The notes beneath the pieces are model-generated. The model worked only from the letters and a program-made list of their open reading frames with translations. It searched no databases and was not told the DNA's origin. 10,993 nucleotides of DNA from Methanomicrobiales archaeon (GTDB lineage: Archaea; Halobacteriota; Methanomicrobia; Methanomicrobiales; Methanospirillaceae), in assembly GCA_037137755.1 (NCBI GenBank), contig JBAXJR010000062.1, positions 1 to 10,993 of the forward strand, written 5' to 3'. Position 1 is the stretch's first letter; each line of letters starts with the position of its first letter. Of this stretch, positions 7,547 to 10,993 are shown piece by piece. The translations under genes were made by a program, and so were the position numbers.

Positions 7547-7670
7547 ATGGTATTGGTTGTGCCAGAATAGTGGGCAATAGCGAAAAAAAGTACAATCCGA
7601 AAAACCAACGGGTTCCATATCTCATATCTTTATAGAAGCCTCATGCATACGGTAAAAATAAGATTAAATT

Positions 7671-7898
7671 ATGAAACTCTCTATTCTCATCGAACGGGAT
7701 GAAGATGGTAGGTATGTTGTGGAGTGCACCGATCTGCCAGGATGCTTGAACGAAGGTGAGACTCTCAAGGAGGCAATCGAAAATATCAATGAGGCAATTG
7801 TCGGCTGTATCAAGTCTCGGTTGAAGATTGCTTCGGATAAGAAAAATCTAAAACGGTTCTCCAACAATACCTTTGATAGAGGGCCGGTTCAACAGTAA
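7671..7898 (+). CDS. hicB: HicB-family antitoxin (duplicate)
   Basis: Identical translation to 267..494. Confidence 0.85.
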   Translation: MKLSILIERDEDGRYVVECTDLPGCLNEGETLKEAIENINEAIVGCIKSRLKIASDKKNLKRFSNNTFDRGPVQQ

Positions 7899-7936
7899 TC
7901 CTCGTTGGTTGGTAAGGGCATTTTCTGCATAATTCC

Positions 7937-7984
7937 TATATAGTATCGTTCATAATAATGAACATATGTTCAAAAGCATGAACA
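7937..7984 (+). promoter_or_regulatory. TATA box plus tandem GTTCA-N6-TGAAC operators (duplicate)
   Basis: Same as 533..580. Confidence 0.7.
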
Positions 7985-8511
7985 TTCTCGGAACTCCCAC
8001 GTTCGAGACTCTCGTATTCCTCGGTCGACATTACCGGAACAGTTACTACGTCAGGGAGCTGGCAAAGATACTCACGATCAGTACCGGTGCTGCGAGCGGA
8101 CAACTCCGGGCACTGGAAGAGTTGGGTCTTGTGACAAACGAGAAGAAAGGGAGGACTCTCTTGTTCAGAGCCAGTATCTCGCACCCGATCGTGAGGGAGG
8201 CAAAAATTTTCGCAACCCTGCTTGAACTCTCGCCGCTAATCGTAGCAGGGCAACGTGGGACCGTGCGGATGATTCTCTTTGGAAGTTGTGCAGTGGGAGA
8301 AGATACTTTTGAAAGCGATATCGATCTCTACATAGAAACAACAGACCGTCCGGCAGCAAAGACTCTGATATCGCAAGTTGAGTCCTTCGTATTACGGAAA
8401 ATTTCTCCGATCATTGTCTCACCAGCCGAGGCTATGCAGATCCGGACACGTGACCGTCCGCTGTTCGAGCGAATACAAGGTGGGAAGCTCCTGGTGGGTG
8501 AACAAATATGA
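7966..8511 (+). CDS. wHTH-MNT antitoxin (duplicate)
   Basis: Identical translation to 562..1107. Confidence 0.9.
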   Translation: MFKSMNILGTPTFETLVFLGRHYRNSYYVRELAKILTISTGAASGQLRALEELGLVTNEKKGRTLLFRASISHPIVREAKIFATLLELSPLIVAGQRGTVRMILFGSCAVGEDTFESDIDLYIETTDRPAAKTLISQVESFVLRKISPIIVSPAEAMQIRTRDRPLFERIQGGKLLVGEQI

Positions 8512-8924
8512 GATACAATTTCGAGGAATGTATGGAGCGGGGAAAGATCGTAAAAATTCCCATTGACCAGGGCCTTGTTGCAAAGGAACTGCGCGAAGCG
8601 GAAGCGGATCTTGCCGCAGCAGAGCGATCGCTTCAAGATCATCAGGAGAAATGGGCGATCATACAGGGATACTATTCGCTCTTCCACTCGCTAAGGTCCC
8701 AGGTATTTGGCAAAGGCTACCGTGAGAAGAGCCATCGCTGCCTGAAGTATGCGGTTGAAGCCCTGTTCGTTGACCAAGGATTACTTGATCCGGTAGTACT
8801 TGAACACTTTTCTTTTGCCATGGATCTTCGTGAAGGTGCTGATTACAGTTGCATCTATAATGAGGAGTCAGCCCATATCGTGGTCATGTCAGCACGATCG
8901 GTGTATGAGATGGTCAGGCCTTGA
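8508..8924 (+). CDS. HEPN domain protein (duplicate)
   Basis: Identical translation to 1104..1520. Confidence 0.88.
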   Translation: MRYNFEECMERGKIVKIPIDQGLVAKELREAEADLAAAERSLQDHQEKWAIIQGYYSLFHSLRSQVFGKGYREKSHRCLKYAVEALFVDQGLLDPVVLEHFSFAMDLREGADYSCIYNEESAHIVVMSARSVYEMVRP

Positions 8925-9376
8925 AGGAGAACCCCCCCCTCACCCGCGACCTCATCCCTGCCGAATTCCCCCTCGTCAAAGAGGTCTGGTACCACTATCA
9001 CCAGCAGGAGGCAAACCCCGCCGAAGACCGCATTTTCGGCACCTTTGTTGACGGGACCCTGGCTGTAGTTGTCCGGTGCAGGCAGCACCCGGACGGCCAC
9101 GAAGTCGATGGCGTCTTCACCCTTGAAGAATTCCGCGGGCACGACCTTGCCCGGCTCGTCATGCAGGCATTAATCGACGCCTGCGGCTATGAAGAACTAT
9201 ACATGCACTCGACCCTGCAACTCATCAGCTTCTACAAGACATTCGGATTTGTACCAATCCCCGAGGACCAGCTGCCGAAGATGATCCGGGAACGGTTCCT
9301 CTTCTGCTTCGGCGAAATGGCCGGGTGCAAACGGTCTGCCCGATGCGGAGGGAGGCCGGTGGTGGGTGAATGGTAA
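8921..9376 (+). CDS. GNAT copy A' (duplicate, probably degenerate)
   Basis: Identical translation to 1517..1972. Confidence 0.7.
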   Translation: MKENPPLTRDLIPAEFPLVKEVWYHYHQQEANPAEDRIFGTFVDGTLAVVVRCRQHPDGHEVDGVFTLEEFRGHDLARLVMQALIDACGYEELYMHSTLQLISFYKTFGFVPIPEDQLPKMIRERFLFCFGEMAGCKRSARCGGRPVVGEW

Positions 9377-9630
9377 CGGATAGGCTTTGGTTGCGTATTA
9401 ACCAATACAGACAGAAGTTAGAGTGCAACTTGCGGATTGCCATATAACAATGATTGAACCGGGCTCATGCGGATCTCGACATTTAGGGGCTTGGAAAAAA
9501 TCCAGGAAACACGTAGGTGGTACAAAAAAATCAGGATCAATAATACCTGTGCTGACTGGAAATGTGTCTCTTGATCACGATCCCGGAAACACAAATTTAA
9601 GAGTAATTACGCCAATAATGGAAATAACAT

Positions 9631-9915
9631 ATGAATGTGCTCGCATTGCTCCGCCAGCATGAATCAATACTGGAAGAATGCTTCGGGGTCAAAAGGATAG
9701 GAATCTTCGGTTCATTCGTTCGCGGAGAAGAGCGCCCGGACAGTGACGTGGATGTTCTTGTCGTATTTCAAAAAGACGAGGAGACTTTCGATCATTATAT
9801 GGACTGCAAGTTTTATCTCGAAGACCTTTTTAACAGGAACGTGGACCTCGTCATCGAGGACACCATCAAACAGAGGCTCAAAGAACCGATCCTCAGTGAA
9901 GTGATCTATGCATAG
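9631..9915 (+). CDS. MNT antitoxin (duplicate)
   Basis: Identical translation to 2227..2511. Confidence 0.93.
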   Translation: MNVLALLRQHESILEECFGVKRIGIFGSFVRGEERPDSDVDVLVVFQKDEETFDHYMDCKFYLEDLFNRNVDLVIEDTIKQRLKEPILSEVIYA

Positions 9916-10258
9916 GTCCGTCCTTCAGTATCTCGACGATATCATTGAAGCAATTGGCAATATAGATGAGGATACTACTGGAATTTCATTTGATGATTTT
10001 GTTGCAGACAGGAGAAGAAAGGATGCGGTAATCCGTAATTTCGAGGTTATCGGTGAAGCGACAAAGAATCTCCCTGATAATCTCAAAGAACAGTATCCGA
10101 ATACAGACTGGAGAAAAATTTCAGGTTTTCGCGATGTCCTTTCACATGCATATTTTGGTATCAAGACAACTATTCTTTGGGACAACATAAAGAACAAACT
10201 GCCAGTCCTTAAAACAGAAATCCGGCAGATAATCAGGATTGAAGAATCACGAAAGTGA
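9908..10258 (+). CDS. DUF86/HepT-like toxin (duplicate)
   Basis: Identical translation to 2504..2854. Confidence 0.93.
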   Translation: MHRSVLQYLDDIIEAIGNIDEDTTGISFDDFVADRRRKDAVIRNFEVIGEATKNLPDNLKEQYPNTDWRKISGFRDVLSHAYFGIKTTILWDNIKNKLPVLKTEIRQIIRIEESRK

Positions 10259-10391
10259 AAATTGATGCACTGTTTTATTTCATACTCTTTCTAAAAAGGA
10301 ATGACAATATGATGTTCAATATTTCAGGACCAGGTCATTTTTGCCAGAGAAATCGCGGATGAATGAATCATGATTGATGGTCGGGACAGGA

Positions 10392-10828
10392 ATGTCCCCC
10401 CTTACCCGCGAACTCACCCCTGCCGAATTCCCCCTCGTCAAAGAGGTCTGGTACCACTACCACCAGCAGGAGGCCAACCCCTAAGAAGACCGCATATTCG
10501 GCACCTTTTTCGACGGGACACTCGCAGCCGTTGCCCAGGTACCAGGCTACACCCGGACGGCCACGAAGTCGACGGCGTCTTCACCCTGGAAGAATTCCGC
10601 GGGCGTGGCCTAGCCAGGCTCGTCGTGCAGGCATTGGTCGACGCATGCGGGCATGAAGAGCTGAACATGCACTCCACCCTGCAACTCATCAGCTTCTACA
10701 AGACATTCGGTTTTGTACCAATCCCCGAGGACCAGCTGCCGAAGATGATCCGGGAACGGTTCCTCTTCTGCTTCGGCGAAATGGCCGGGTGCAATGTCTG
10801 TCCCATGCGGAGGGTGGCGACACCGTGA
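10392..10828 (+). pseudogene. GNAT copy B' (duplicate)
   Basis: Same TAA and frameshift as 2988..3424. Confidence 0.88.
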
Positions 10829-10938
10829 TACAGGATGTAGTCAGATTATGGTAAAAATGTGGAGAGAAAGACCATGGATAAGTGGACGATTAGAGAAATA
10901 ATTATTGTCAGGTGTGATAGAATAGAACTGGAGAATAA

Positions 10939-10993
10939 ATGACACCCCGCGATGAAATCCTCGATCTCCTCAGATCATTACAAAGCGATCTTA
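10939..10993 (+). CDS. 5' end of MNT antitoxin (duplicate of 3535..3828), cut by the window end
   Basis: MTPRDEILDLLRSLQSDL. Confidence 0.85.
   Translation, partial: MTPRDEILDLLRSLQSDL

Larger units (their letters stand above)
7405..10993. repeat. Right copy of the 7,404-bp-period direct repeat, open at the window edge
   Basis: Matches 1..3589 by ORF track and visual comparison. Confidence 0.97.

Noticed and set aside
1-10993. Classical integron or CRISPR array
   Set aside because: No integrase or cas gene, no recognisable attC-type hairpins and no 25-45 bp repeats with spacers. The repeats are gene-derived and ~430 bp long.

Overview
The window is about 1.5 copies of an apparently exact 7,404-bp tandem unit (1..3589 recurs at 7405..10993). 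The host is probably a methanogenic archaeon such as Methanomicrobiales, inferred from archaeal-type TATA boxes and the gene families present. Each unit contains four co-oriented, diverged ~430-bp copies of one GNAT acetyltransferase gene, and all four are damaged. They alternate with 1-2.3 kb AT-richer cargo segments made almost entirely of toxin-antitoxin modules: wHTH-MNT/HEPN, two MNT/HepT (DUF86) pairs, a DUF2281-type antitoxin with MazF, three HicB genes or remnants and one HicA remnant, plus a pRiA4b-ORF3-like gene. No integrase, transposase, replication gene or RNA gene is visible. The most notable signal is the repeat/cassette architecture, in which dead GNAT copies may serve as homology blocks for a TA cassette array.
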